A stretch of DNA of 64,000 nucleotides from Octopus vulgaris (taxonomy: Eukaryota), in assembly GCA_951406725.2 (NCBI GenBank), contig OX597818.1:38502001-38566000 (forward strand), written 5' to 3'. Position 1 is the first letter of the stretch; each line of letters opens with the position of its first letter. The translations under genes and the position numbers were made by a program. Below, one piece after another: positions 1 through 13,071 of the stretch. The notes beneath the pieces were generated by a model. The model had not been told where the DNA came from and did not search any database. It was given only the letters and a program-made list of their open reading frames with translations.

Positions 1-148
1 AATCATATTTGGTACAAAGCTTTTATGACCTGGAGCATCTAAAATGGTAAAATGTTTTTTTTCAGTCTCAAAATATGCTCGTCCAACTTCCACAGTTTTC
101 CCCTTTTCACGCTCCTCTAAATTTGTATCCAAAGCCCAGGATAAATAC
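1..148 (-). CDS. GSPT1: eRF3 exon 6 (runs off window)
   Basis: AG acceptor at 150/149; reads (W)YLSWALDTNLEEREKGKTVEVGRAYFETEKKHFTILDAPGHKSFVPNMI, containing G2 and the G3 DAPG motif of the eRF3 GTPase. Confidence 0.97.
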
Positions 149-1002
149 CTTTGAAAAAAGAAAAACACAAAACAGTAATATTTTGCTTAGTTAGTTTGGT
201 TGTAACTACAAACAAAAACCAATATATTTCACAGAAAGGATATGGTTCCTGTATAGCCTAGAAACAAAATCTATGGAAGTGTGGGGGGGGGGGGATATTT
301 CACATGTGTTCGTTTAATTAAATTATAAAATTTTATAACAATTATTTCAAAATTAAGTGCTTACACAAGACATTTTAGAAATATGTAACTCATGTCAGTA
401 ATTATTCAAGGTAGGTGTTGGTGGGTGACCTTTATGTAGTAAAACACACAAAAAATAAACAAAACACAGGTGCGCAACTGAGTTGAAGGCAGATTTACTT
501 CTGCATTTATAGCACAAAGAAAACTATGTTGTAGGAGTGTACTCAGCACATGTACTACAGCAGTACTATGCATAGCTTAAATACTGAGATTGAAAAGCTG
601 GGGTGAATCATGCCTACCTAATCTACAAAAAAATAAAATATTTTGCATTTTATGCACAGTAATCAGAGTAACCGTCATAATTTTATTGAATTAGGTGCAT
701 ATTTTGCCATAAAAGGAAAATGTTGCTATTGATCTATTTTATTCAAGGTAGGCATTGCCTACCTAGGCATCATGTCCCTACCAAATGTCTTTCATAAAGC
801 ATACACTTCAATTATAATAACTACATCGAATGATTATTTTGCCAACTTTTGACCTAAGTCATTTTTGATCTGCTCCGTTTAACCATAACGAAGGGTACAA
901 GATCTTTTCTATAAAAGATATTACTTTACAAAATCCAATCTAAACACTGAATATTGCTGGATGACGGTATTACTGAACTGAGTCAAGCTTCAAAAAGGTT
1001 CT

Positions 1003-1504
1003 TTAACCCTTAAGCATTCAAACCGGCCAAAATATTCTCCCAGTTTTATATTGAAACTGAGCAGATCAAGCCTCTCACACCTACCCTATGATGTCATTTT
1101 AAAACTAAACAATCACATAACTGAAATCTTTAAACTACAAGGTGATGGATGGATGATTAATTCAGTACAATATAAATATACAAGCATCATTTTTGCCAGA
1201 ATAATCTGAATACTAAAGGATTAATAATAAACTTGTTCTATTTAAATAGGTTACCATTAAGAAGCCATTTAGATTTAAAAAAGAGTTATAAATTTAATCC
1301 TTTAGCATTTAAAGCAGCCATATCCAGCCCAAAATGTTCAATCTGCTTTATGTTCAAATTGGCCAACTCTGGCCCTGCACACCTCCACTTCGAAAAATAA
1401 ACTACTGCATTATTAGAATCTTGAAGCTATAAGATAATTCATGATTAACTCAAAACAATGTGAATAGATAAGCATTACATTTAATCTAAACACTAAAGGC
1501 TTAA
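1003..1504. mobile_element. two adjacent piggyBac-like MITEs (1003-1224, 1294-1504)
   Basis: About 215-bp related units bounded by TTAA with CCCTTTAGCATT...AATGCTAAAGGG-like inverted termini. Confidence 0.7.
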
Positions 1505-2289
1505 GTGCATGCATGACTGTGTAGCTAAGAAGCTTGCTTTGAAATCATGTTTAGATCAGCCCCACTGTGTGGGTGATATTGGTTGGTTCCCTCTACAACA
1601 TCATTGAATGTCTGTTGTCCATATTGGCATGGTTTGGACAATTTGATCAAGGCCGGCAAGCTGAGGGGTTGCACCACATGCCAGCCTGATTTGGCATGGT
1701 TTCTATGGTTGAATGCCCTTCCTAATGCCAACAACACCAAGTGTAATGGGCACCTTTATGTGCTAGTTGTAAGACATTAGTATCTGTTAGGACTGATTTC
1801 ACTTGGCTTGATAGGTCTTCATTGAGTAAAATTTGGCAGAAACTGAAAGAAACCTGCCCATACATATGTGTCTATGAGACTGCGTATTCATCTGTTTTAG
1901 TATGTGCACACTGATTGTAATCAAAGCACTTTTCATATAAATGGTGTATTCTTTTACTTGTTTCAGTCATAGCGGCTATGCAATATACATTATCATTATA
2001 GAATGGCTGTGTGAATGTGCATGACTTAGTGGTTAGAGTCAGATTTACAATTATGAGGTTGATTCCAGGACTGGACTAAGTGTTGTGTTCTTGAGCAAGA
2101 CACTCATTTGATGTTGCTCCAGTTCACTCTACTGTAGAAATAAGTCAAGACATCACTGGTGCCAAGCTTTCTCAACCTTTGCCTTTTCTTTGACAAAATT
2201 GGTGGCGCCCCTTCTTGACCGAAGGGGGTCTTTACCTTTTACTATAGCGGTTTATCATTACAAATAATAAAAATAAGGAAATAACTAAC

Positions 2290-2367
2290 CATGTTTCTCT
2301 ATTCTTTTCTTTAGCTTCTTTTTCATATTTTTCAAGAGTTCTTTTGTCCACCATGCCAGTCAAATAC
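2290..2367 (-). CDS. GSPT1: eRF3 exon 5
   Basis: cag|...|gttagt, 78 nt, phase 2-2; (M)YLTGMVDKRTLEKYEKEAKEKNRET(W). Confidence 0.96.
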
Positions 2368-2908
2368 CTGTGTAGTATAAATTATAATTGTCTTGTAAAT
2401 AAAGAATACAGAAAATATTGTTTTCAATTACTCTCAATTAGACCCACTTAAACAGAAACTATGATAAAAAAGAGAGGCTATTTTGATGTTTAAAATAAAA
2501 AATAATTATAAACACAGGAGGTAAAAATTCTGAGTAGTTGGAAGACACAATATCTGACATTTATATCCAAGCCATCTTATCATGGATTTCAATTTTCAGT
2601 CATTCTGAACAATAAATACCAACATTCATTCTCATTCCTTTACAACTGAAGCTCAAATTCTTCAATGTCACTGCAGTACTATTCAATATATATAAAAAAA
2701 GTCAAAGTTAATTTAGCTTACAAATCAGTTTTTTTAAAAATAATATTAAAAATTAACTTCATTTATGAAGCCATTCACTAATAAATTTACATAACTAGAA
2801 ATAGTAAAATCTGTTGAGAATGCCAAACTGCTAATATGAATACAGATATACCTAATATCATAAAAATTATATTTTCAGCAATGAAAACAGGATAAAAATA
2901 AATCTTAC

Positions 2909-2942
2909 ATTATATGACCACCAATCGTGGATTTTCCAGCAT
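2909..2942 (-). CDS. GSPT1: eRF3 exon 4 (P-loop)
   Basis: ttttag|...|gtaaga, 34 nt; (D)AGKSTIGGHI(M), completing G1 GHVDAGKST. Confidence 0.96.
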
Positions 2943-4545
2943 CTAAAAGATGAAATGAAGGAAAAAAAATTACTCATGGTTATAGTAACAAATTTAATGA
3001 GATTAAAATGATAGCAATACAAAACTTGTTAGTAATCTATACTAACAATATTCATTGCATTAAACAAGCTACAGGTGCTAAATTAAATAAAAACAATGAA
3101 ATATATGGCAACATTTCTTTACATATTACTTAAAATCCCAAATCTTATTTTTTCCATGATAATAATATAACCTATCCCCAAAACATTCAAATCTAATGAT
3201 CAAATTATAATTGGTAATTTATGCAATACATTTTACCAAACATCCTTTACAGCACAAATCATGCTATTGTATCAAGAATACTGTATATCTTGGCTAACAG
3301 ATATATTTACTTGTATCTCAGTAGAGTCATTATGCCAACAAATATTGGTTAATCACTTAACCAATTTACTAAGTGTGTGTGTATTACTAGCATAATGAAC
3401 CGAGATACATCAAAATCTGTTTCAACAGAAGTTCACATCAAGAATCTTGCAAGCCAAATATAAAAATGAGGTATATTTAGCATATTTACTTTAATCCTTA
3501 CTAAAAAGTCAACTGAGCCTATAATTAAAAGTATTAGGGCTTGTACAAATCAACCCAATCTTATTACAAAAGCATTTATAATCTCATGTTAGCAAAATGT
3601 TAAGTTTACTATGTGTACACATATCTCTGCATGTATGAATGTGTTTATGTATGTATATATATACCATCATCAGTTAACATTCACTTTCCATGCTGGTAAT
3701 AGCTGGATGGTTTCATAGAAACTCGCAAGCCAGAGAACCACACCAGGCACTACTGTCTGCTCTGAAAATGTTCCTTCAGCTGGATGCCCTTCCTAATGCC
3801 AACCACTTTACAGAGTGGATTGAGTATTTTTTTTTTTTTACATGGCACCTGCACGGCCACCAAGTAACTTGCAAGACAAAGACTCCTCAGGAGAGGGAGT
3901 GGTACTGAGGGAGGTGGCTTCATGCTGGTTGAGAGGTTGAAGTATAACAGCGGGATCAAGATAGATGTCTTACTAGAGAGGAGATACTTGGTTACCCCAG
4001 TAAGAAAAGAAAGAACACACACATAATGTTAATTTTATTACCACTATTCTATGCTAGCATGAATTAGTTGAATATGTACCCAGATGCTGTTTTACAAGCT
4101 AGATATCTCTTCTGATCCTACTCATTACCTATTTTACACCCAAGCAATGTATTTTCTTTTTACTCCATTTGAGGACAATGTATTAATAAGGAATGACAAA
4201 TGTCACTTTTTGATCAACACTTTTCATTCAAGGACATAGAATGTAAAAATCCCCTCTCTCACACACACATACAGCAGGCTTCTGTCCAGTCTCCGTCTAA
4301 TAATTTCAGTTACAAAGCCCCCGCCGACCTGAATTTGAAGTAGAAGACACCGAAGGTGCCATTTAGTGCAACAGAACTCTTGACTATGTGTTAACAAAAA
4401 GAACTCCTTATCCATGCAGTCATGCCTGCATCTACACACAGACTATATATGTGTAGCAAGAGTGAGAGGTTCTCAAATTATTACTTGAGAAAATATTGCA
4501 ATATACTTAAATTCGATCAGTTATACAACATTTTATAATACTTAC

Positions 4546-4719
4546 CTACATGACCTATAAAAATAACATTTACATGTTCTTTCTTGACACTTGGTGCTGC
4601 TATATCTTTGTTTTTCCGTTTTGGTTTAATGGTAACATTTTCAACTTCCATTGTTTCAACAGCATTGTTTGACTTTTCTTCTTCCTCTTCATCTTCAACA
4701 TTGTCAGCCCAGTCATCAG
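4546..4719 (-). CDS. GSPT1: eRF3 exon 3
   Basis: aag|...|gtaagt, 174 nt, phase 1-1; ADDWADNVEDEEEEEK...KKEHVNVIFIGHV. Confidence 0.95.
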
Positions 4720-6542
4720 CTTTAAAGATATTTAACAAAAAATTATACAAAATGGAAGAAATTAAGTAACATTTTTAGATAATCTAAATTAAAAACATAA
4801 ATTCCAAATCAAATTAAATACTATAAAGTGGCATATGCGTTACAACTTTTGTTTCAATTTGTGCTCTAGAAATGATAGCAGAAGCAATTACTCATTTTGA
4901 GTTAACAATAGACGAGCTAACTTTATTTATTAATAAGAGGAAGGAAACAGAAAACTAACTTAACTTTCCAAACTTTGTAGCTCAGCCAAACTGGCAACTT
5001 CATTAGTGCTGCCATGATCAAAGACCCAGTATACTCTATAAAATGGCTGGCATTAGGAAGGTCATCCAGCCACAAAAACCATGCCAAAGTAGACATTGGA
5101 GCACAATTATGGTGAAATTCTAACAATCCTTTGTTAGACCTGAATCCAGGGACCATCACTACAAGCTTGTTTTTAGATAGTAAGATCAGAATTAAAAAAA
5201 ATTTTTTTTTTATACAAAATGAATTCATATGCCTCGCCTTCCTCAACTTGTCAGATCTTGACAAACCATCTAACCCCTGCCAGTATTGAAAATAAATGTT
5301 TAAAGCTAATAATGATGAGGATTTAAAATGTTTTCAACCCTTTCACCTTAAATCCAGAATTAAAATGAAATGGTTATACAAAATGGTTTTATCACTGTCT
5401 GTTCCTAATACAAATGATAGAAAGTAAAACCAAGCCTGGAATCCCACAGACAAAATTTTTATTTGCAATCTTAAAATAACCCAATTGAATATAAAATTTA
5501 GACAAGCAAGTAATTCACAAATGAATGAAAGTTAGAACCCTTAAGTGAAATAGGTAAGACATGGATTCAAAATAATTTGAATTTCACCTTCCAACTTCCC
5601 AAGACATTTTTTAGCAATAAACCATCTATCTTCCAATAGATTTAACCCATTGGCCACTAAACCCTACCATTTGACCATTGGGTACAATCAGTGGAGTGCA
5701 CTCTGCACTAAGCATTCAAGCCCAAGTCTCCAGTCAGAAAATAGCTTCTGCTTATCAGCTTCAGAGGCCTTGAGGGCATGGGTCCTGTCCTACTATCCCC
5801 ACTCTCCAAAGTCATGCATTTGGCAATATAGGGTGTTTAAGTGAGAAAGTATCTGAAAAGGTTAGTCATTCATACACTTACCAAAAGTATCATCTTGTGC
5901 AAAGATGAATCACGTCAATGAATGAAGATGCATAAAAAGTTGTTAGAGTTGACTAGTGCTGGTTAAAACCTGTCTTAAATTTTCTTGGTATTCACTATCT
6001 ATTTTATTCATACCTCCAGCTCAGTCATTTGTATTTATATTGTACCTATACATAGTTCTCTAGCATTCAGCCTATTTTCTAGTTTGCAATTAAACCAAAC
6101 TTTATCCTCTTTATATTAAGTATTTATTGCCCATGTTTCACAAGCATTAAGATTTGAATTCTAACTTTAAAGTAATAGATTTTCCATCAATCAATACTAA
6201 ACAAGGGTTAATTTTTTTATATATAGACAAACTGTTGTTTTCTTTTTACTCATGCTTCAAAACTGAGCAATCTGGAAAAAGATAATCACTACTTCAGGAT
6301 CCAATTATGCGTTTACATGCATATAAATGGATAAAGATACAAAAAGTATATTTAGCATTGTTTATATCAAAAATGTTATTCATTAATGTGATGTTGCAAT
6401 ACACTATCTAAAATAAACTTTACATCAATTTCACCCAATTTACTGAATTACCAAAATGAATAATTTGATTAGAAATTAAGAAGTTTCGTCTTTGAAACGA
6501 CAAATATTTTAAGGAGAGAAAAAAAAACCCCCAAAAACTTAC

Positions 6543-6569
6543 CAACATTGCTGTCATCCATTTCATCAT
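6543..6569 (-). CDS. GSPT1: eRF3 27-nt microexon (exon 2)
   Basis: cattcatag|ATGATGAAATGGATGACAGCAATGTTG|gtaagt; phase 1-1; encodes acidic DDEMDDSNV like the flanking linker. Confidence 0.7.
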
Positions 6570-7182
6570 CTATGAATGACAAAAGTTATCAAAATTAAAA
6601 TTTGGCATAGCTGATGGTTGAATTAAAACAGTTCAAATTTAAAAGATAAAAAAAAACTTGGTGGCATATTTATGTCTACAAACCTTTATAACACAGTAAT
6701 GTTAGGGCAATGGATTAGAGAATCAAGAGAGCATCAGACAAAATGCCTTGCAATATTTGTTCTAGCCTTTTATATGTTCAAAACCTGTAAAGGTAAACTT
6801 TGCCTTTCATCTTCTGAGAATCAATAGGTTAACAGTTAAGTACTAAGGTTGATGTAATCAACTGTACTCCTCCAAAATTTTCTCTTTATACTTAGGTTAG
6901 AAATTATAACACAGCAATGCAAGTTAGTATTTATCAGTTCATGTAGACAGTATAAAAAAAAAAAGCATAAACAACACCAAAGCTTAATAAAACTAAACTA
7001 AGTTGAAATTCTGATGACCAGTTTGTTAGACTTGAATTTAGGGACTACAACTACAAATTGGGTTTCAAATAGCAAGGTTAGAAATGTTTTACGATACAGA
7101 GTGAATTCATATGCTCTGCAATATGTAATTTTCCTCATCTCCAATCTCAGCAGAAACTACCAGATGATCAAAAGACTAAGTA

Positions 7183-7323
7183 TTAGGTTGTCCCAAAAGT
7201 TCGTAAACACTTGTGAAAATTGAATTTTTACTCGCCAAGTACTAACAAAAACAACAAAAATTATTCCTCAAAATAAAGACCATTATTTTCCAAGACTTTC
7301 TACGAACTTTTGGGACAACCTTA
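7183..7323. mobile_element. mariner-type MITE
   Basis: TIRs AGGTTGTCCCAAAAGTTCGTA / TACGAACTTTTGGGACAACCT flanked by TA. Confidence 0.85.
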
Positions 7324-7890
7324 TATTATCATTTCAATGTCCCCTTTTCTATGTGTCAGATGGAATTTGAAGCAGCTTTCCTACAACTGGATGCCCTTTT
7401 ATTACCATTCCTTACCCGTTTCCATGTAGAGAAATATTACTTCATGGTCAAGCAGGTTTCCACAGAATATTGGAAACAAACGGCACTGCTTGCTTGACAA
7501 TAGAATTCATTCACAACTATTATGTTAAATGGAAGCAGACAGACACACACATATACAACAGGTTTCCACCAGTTTTTGCCTACCATATCCACTCACAAGG
7601 ATTTGGTTGGCCTAAGAATATAGAAGGCACTTGCTTAAGGTACCACAAATTGGGATTGAACCAAAAAGCCACGTGTTTGGGAAACAAACTTCCCACCACC
7701 GTATTTATAGTATATATACAGTATTTATAGCAATGATAATGTTATATCTATTGGAATCTAACGCCCCAAATGAGATCTGATCAAGCAATCCCATTCCATG
7801 CAAATAGTCGACTGAATGACTAAATGCAATCTACAGATATATTTCAGTTATGCAATACCTTCGCCTGAGAACCTTACTGCACACTCATAC

Positions 7891-8014
7891 CTGCTGGGAC
7901 GAATTGTATGGGAGTACAGTATGACAACTCACTAAAAACCTTGCTTGGGACACAACTAAAGACCTTGCCGTTATATTGTAACTCGGGATCACATAACTTT
8001 ACAGAGCAGTTCAT
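7891..8014 (-). CDS. candidate alternative first coding exon of eRF3
   Basis: ggaATG at 8014, 41 open codons ending ...IQFVPA, then CAG|GTATGA donor in phase 1, compatible with downstream eRF3 exons. Confidence 0.35.
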
Positions 8015-11000
8015 TCCTCTCTTTGTTACATTGTAGTTCAGTAAACTAACGAAATACCAGTAAATTTTATTGTGTGCATCTATTGCTATTCTAACTGGCA
8101 CCTATTTGAGGCTAAGTAAGCTGGAATACTGACAATGTATAGGCAACGAACACGTAGCAGTGATGAGAAAGAAACAGATTGATAATCCGGTACTCGACCG
8201 ATTAGACCAGTTGTAACTCTAGTGTTCTAGCTTAGGGCTATAAACATTACTTTGAATGTTATTTCGTGTCTACGAAAATGGGTAAACTGTTACATTCTTC
8301 ACTATTATATCAATGAAAATAACAGAAAAGAACGTGTTTACAAGAAAGTCATATTACACATGAAATTAAACGAACAGATGACACCTCAGAAAGAATTACC
8401 ATCTTGAAATATTTCAATCTCAGAATAAGCGAGCGACAAGTAAGAAACCGGTTGAAACCCAGTTCCCCTTCCTTTATTAGAACAGGTCAGAAGTCCAACA
8501 TTAATCGGAATATTTTAAAGATACGAGTGTAAAGGGTTATTAAGCTCAACATTTTAAAATGGGAATTCAAGTTCTTGGGAACACATTCATAAAATGTAAA
8601 AATCAAATCAAAAGATATTGTAGTATCGCATTTAAGATAGCAAAACGGTTGAACAGATAAGGATACCGAATATACTGGTACTGGATATGTGCAGATATCC
8701 GAGGTATTTATCATCTTCCAATTTAACACGAGTGGACACTTGCTTATTGGCGTTTTACAGGTGAAAATGGCTGACTGGTAAAAAACTGAGTCAACAACAG
8801 CAATCTCAGTAATAGGCATTGCCCAGTAATATAATTTAGAAAGAACAATTAAGACATTACAGGATAGTAGCTGAAACATTAATAATTCGACAGATGTACT
8901 GCGAAAAGCATCTAATTTTGGGTTCTTGCAACCGTAGTTTCATATACGGTGCAGAAAATTCAGATGTTTTTAACCCGAGGTTAGCCGTGACTGAGCAGAC
9001 ACGAAGCGTTCACGCTGCGACCATCCCATCTTTGTTTAGGATATATCTGGGATTAGATTCTTTTAGATACACGTCTGTGTCCCCTTTTTAAAAGGACAGG
9101 GCGTGTTTTGAAGGAAATATGACTGCTATTTCTAGCAGGTCGAACGACCGCGTAAAAGCCTCCCCCCCATCCCACGGTTATTTTTTTTTGGCGGCCCAAC
9201 TAAGGGAATATTTTTTAAAAATCTAATGCGAGTCGACAGGCCATGTCGAAATAGTATATTAAAATCCGATTTAATATTGAATTTATTGGTGAATTTATCA
9301 CCAGATGTTTTTTTCTTTCTTGATAACACATGCATCCATCAGACGAAAAATAAAAATGTATTGTAATAACGTTCAAACAATAAAAGATGAGTTTTAAATA
9401 TTGAAACGATTTATGATGTAGAAATGAAAATCGACAATCTATTACAAAAACTTGATATACCAAATTTAATTCTGAGAGAGAATAAAAAAGGCTGCCACAA
9501 GCACGATGGGAATATTTCGGCAAGGCTAATATAACACGAGACCAGATGGTAGCTTCTTCATGAGATTACATTTTTTTGACTTTTAAGTTAAACAATTTAC
9601 TTGTTGAGACAGCGGAAACCATGGAAAAAGGAAACATTAACATTTAATATATGCAAACAACATAATTAAAAGCTGCAGGCTGCATAAAAAATTACTTTTC
9701 AATATTAAATATGGGAGCAATGTAAATAATTTATCACACTAAAAAAATAATACATAACATTCTGCTACAGCTATAAATTCAAGTGATTTACTTCACTTCT
9801 AATATTTTTTTAAATAAAATAATGTGGCGATTGCAGTTTTAATTCTTAAAAAATGGTCATTTATTAGTAAGAAGGAAAGAGACGAAAATCGAAATATATG
9901 GATACAAATGGCTACCTTATGGAATACAAAATAAACCCACGGTTTTCAAATTGAACATACTATTCTTAGTTACACGTATATATATATGTATATATATAAA
10001 TGAGATAACATTACAATTTTAATATCTTATAGAACCCAAGTTCAGACATTTGAAAATTGCCCCCTTCGGAATTAATCTGCTTAAATTGTCGACGATTAAT
10101 TCTTTAAATTACATTTGGGTTTCTAAAAAAATTTTTTTTAAATGCTTGGGTAACAAAAGCACTTCAGGAATTGTCAGGTGGTCTTTCATGATCGCGCTAG
10201 GTCATCATACTTTGGCGAAATATAAAACAATATAGTTGAATTAAAATCGTGTTTGAAAATTTTCCCCAGAGTCAACTTAGTCCAAGAGCTTATTTTCTGT
10301 AACGCATTAATGTATCTATCTACTTAGCGTTATCCAGAAACTATTTCACAGTATCTGTTGGGGGAGAAAAAATGCATCGCGTATAATTCTTACATTTCAA
10401 CACATGTACCTGAAATTCAAGAATTTCAATCATGAAAGGTTCTAAGGACGGGGGTAGCTAATATCCTTTCGGGGGGGTAAAAATTACTTTTAATCCAAAA
10501 CCAAGTATTAAAACACTTATGGTACATTCTAAAATGGTTATGAGAATACTATTCATTAGGTCTTCGTTTATCTATACATCAATGTATGCGATATATATAT
10601 ATATATATATATTTAAAAAAAGGGAAAGCCATAAATTTATTCACGAATCAATATATACTAAACTGACGTTTATTACCGGTGAACAAATGGGTGTGTGGAC
10701 TTACTTTTTCTTAACTAAAAATAATAGTAGTTTGACATTAAAAAAAGAAACGAAAAAGAAAACCGTTCAGTTCAGATGCCTTTAAAAAAATAAAATTTAA
10801 ATGTATTAGCAAAGAAGTATCTGAATACATATAAATGTTTTAGTTATCTTTATAATGTGCCCAAAAACAGATTACAAGAATATACTAGTTGAACACAAAG
10901 TGGGTGTTTCATATTCATATCAGAAGAATACTAAAATGGGGCCCCGTATTTATGGCCACGTCAATTAAAATGTGGTCAGCATGTCGATTTCGCTGAAGCT

Positions 11001-11155
11001 ACTGGGAATAGCAATGCTAGTAAATCTTCAGAAGAACAGTATTTTTAGGCAGCGTTTAGCAGGAAAAAATATGTATAAGTAGACAAGCTATGTTGGGATA
11101 TCGACAATCAATAATGTAAACTATTATCATTTATTTGGTTTGTACATTAATTTAC

Positions 11156-11360
11156 CTTGTAGACTTTCAGGATCTTTCATGAACGAAGGTACGAATTCAG
11201 GAGCATGTACATTTTGACCAGGAACGAATTCTGCAGCATTAACATTTAAGTAAGATAAAGTAGAATTTAATTCATCCAAACTCGATTCGTTTTCAGGAGA
11301 ATCATTCAGACTTTGTTCCCAGGAGTCTGGGGCACTGTTATCGTTATCTTCAGAGGCCAT
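11156..11360 (-). CDS. GSPT1: eRF3 exon 1 (N-domain with two overlapping PAM2 motifs)
   Basis: MASEDNDNSAPDSWEQ...LNVNAAEFVPGQNVHAPEFVPSF...; AAG|GTAAAT donor, phase 1. Confidence 0.95.
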
Positions 11361-11691
11361 AAGTGTTTTTTCTGTTAAAAAGTCTCCTCTAAAATTTGCT
11401 GAACTCTGCACGGACACCGCGTGTGGATCTTTCGTGACGTCACGATCCAAATAAGAGACATGCGTGTTGTCTCGTGCCCGATTTGTAACGGAAGTTCCCG
11501 ATCACCGTGTTATTTACGCATTTTCAAAATAAATGTGCATCATTTTATCGTAACTTAAGTATTTAGCATATTTTGGAAATTCGATTGTAATTATGTGGTA
11601 CTTTTTTTATTGCTGATGAAATATAAAAAAGAAATTCTAATATCGGAGAAAACATCGTCATCTTGTCCTAATTTGTTTCCAAAATGGCGGC
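11361..11691. promoter_or_regulatory. bidirectional promoter and 5' UTRs of eRF3 and LUC7L3
   Basis: 323 bp between divergent ATGs; CpG-retaining; perfect palindrome TCGTGACGTCACGA (CRE core) 11432-11445; ETS-type CGGAAGT 11489-11495; YY1-type CAAAATGGCGGC over the LUC7L3 ATG. Confidence 0.8.
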
Positions 11692-11788
11692 CCATGCAGC
11701 GGCGGCTCTGTTGGATGAATTAATGGGAAGGGACCGAAATTTGCAGCCCACTGAAAAGAGAAGTGAATTGAAATGGGATGATCCAGAA
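11684..11788 (+). CDS. LUC7L3: LUC7-like 3 exon 1
   Basis: aaaATGG; MAAHAAAALLDELMGRDRNLQPTEKRSELKWDDPE|gtatgt, the LUC7L3-type N-terminus LLDELMGRDRN. Confidence 0.96.
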
Positions 11789-13071
11789 GTATGTATTTCA
11801 AAATTTGTTTTTATTGCAAATTATACCTGTAGATGTTCTTAATTTTGTAACTGCAAAACTTGATTAGTGCAATGGTCGTTGAAATTATGAAACCATGTAT
11901 TATGGCGTATATAACCATAATCGGGTGGAAATTATGTAAAAGAGAAACAATAAATACTAGATGTGAATGTAGACATTGTAAATCTTTTATATATGCAATA
12001 ATCTGTTTTTCTTTATATCGGTTTTTGTTTTATATTATATTTCTATTTTGCAATCGATTTTTACATTTATACTATGGGGATTTTAGAAAGACGCATTTGT
12101 CATGATACATGGGGGTTCCGGATCTTACCTTATTTGTCATGATAGCGACTTTTAAATTCCCCTCAAATTTTTGAAAAAGAAAAATATATATCGAGATAAT
12201 ACATGCGCGGACAGAACTTGTATAAAACGTTCAAATTACGAATGCATTTCGATTCTAGATCTTTCGGTTACAAGCGATTAAGAGTAAAAATGCATGTTTT
12301 GCTTTTAATGTATAAACATTACATTTTGCTGCTATTTATGTATAAGTTTTTTTTTTTTTTGGAAAAACGAGAAGCTATAGAGTTAAAACTAATATCTGCT
12401 AGTTGTCTACTAACTTGTGATAAGCACATTGTCCAACGTCTACTTTGCTAAATTCATGTCGATTCTTGTTGAAGAAAAGAAAATGTTTTTTCGTGTAACA
12501 TAATCTTATTTTAAAGCATCGTTTAATTGTATTTAACACTTAAAATTGTTCAGTGCGCTCCACTCATGTAATCTTTTACATTTTCTTTGTTTTCGTTATG
12601 TTTTTTCAAATACTATCAGCACTTTATGTTTCGTTAATTTCTTTTCATAGAAACTTTCTCTTTGTTAGCTTAACTCTTTTCATTGTTATGTGCTTTCATT
12701 TTTGATGCTCTAAGTTTATTGTTATTATTATTATTCATGCTAAAGTTCCAAATTAACACAGTAGTAGAAAGTGCTGGACCAAATGCGTAGCAGTATTTAG
12801 TTACGTCCCTTTATGATCTGTGTTCATATCTTACAAGGATTGATTTTATCTTCCTCTTGTGTTTTTGATTGTCAACAGTATTGAAGTATCTGTGACTTAA
12901 CCCGTGTAAACAAGCCATTTCCTAAAAAAAAAAAAACAGAAACATGCAGTCCCTGTTTCCTTACATAAAATTTCCAGCAACCGTGTTATAGTTTTTTTCT
13001 GATGTTGTTTTAAGTTAATATTATTTAAATGCTTTCGATATTCCACCCGTAAAACAATATTCTACAATTTG

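Noticed and set aside
11127-11450. ORF-track extension of eRF3 exon 1 upstream of 11360 and past 11156
   Set aside because: The upstream start is non-ATG and overlaps promoter motifs; the downstream part is intron after the AAG|GTAAAT donor.
11606-11650. CTGATGA...GAAA in the promoter region as a hammerhead
   Set aside because: No stem I or stem II pairing; a chance match in AT-rich DNA.
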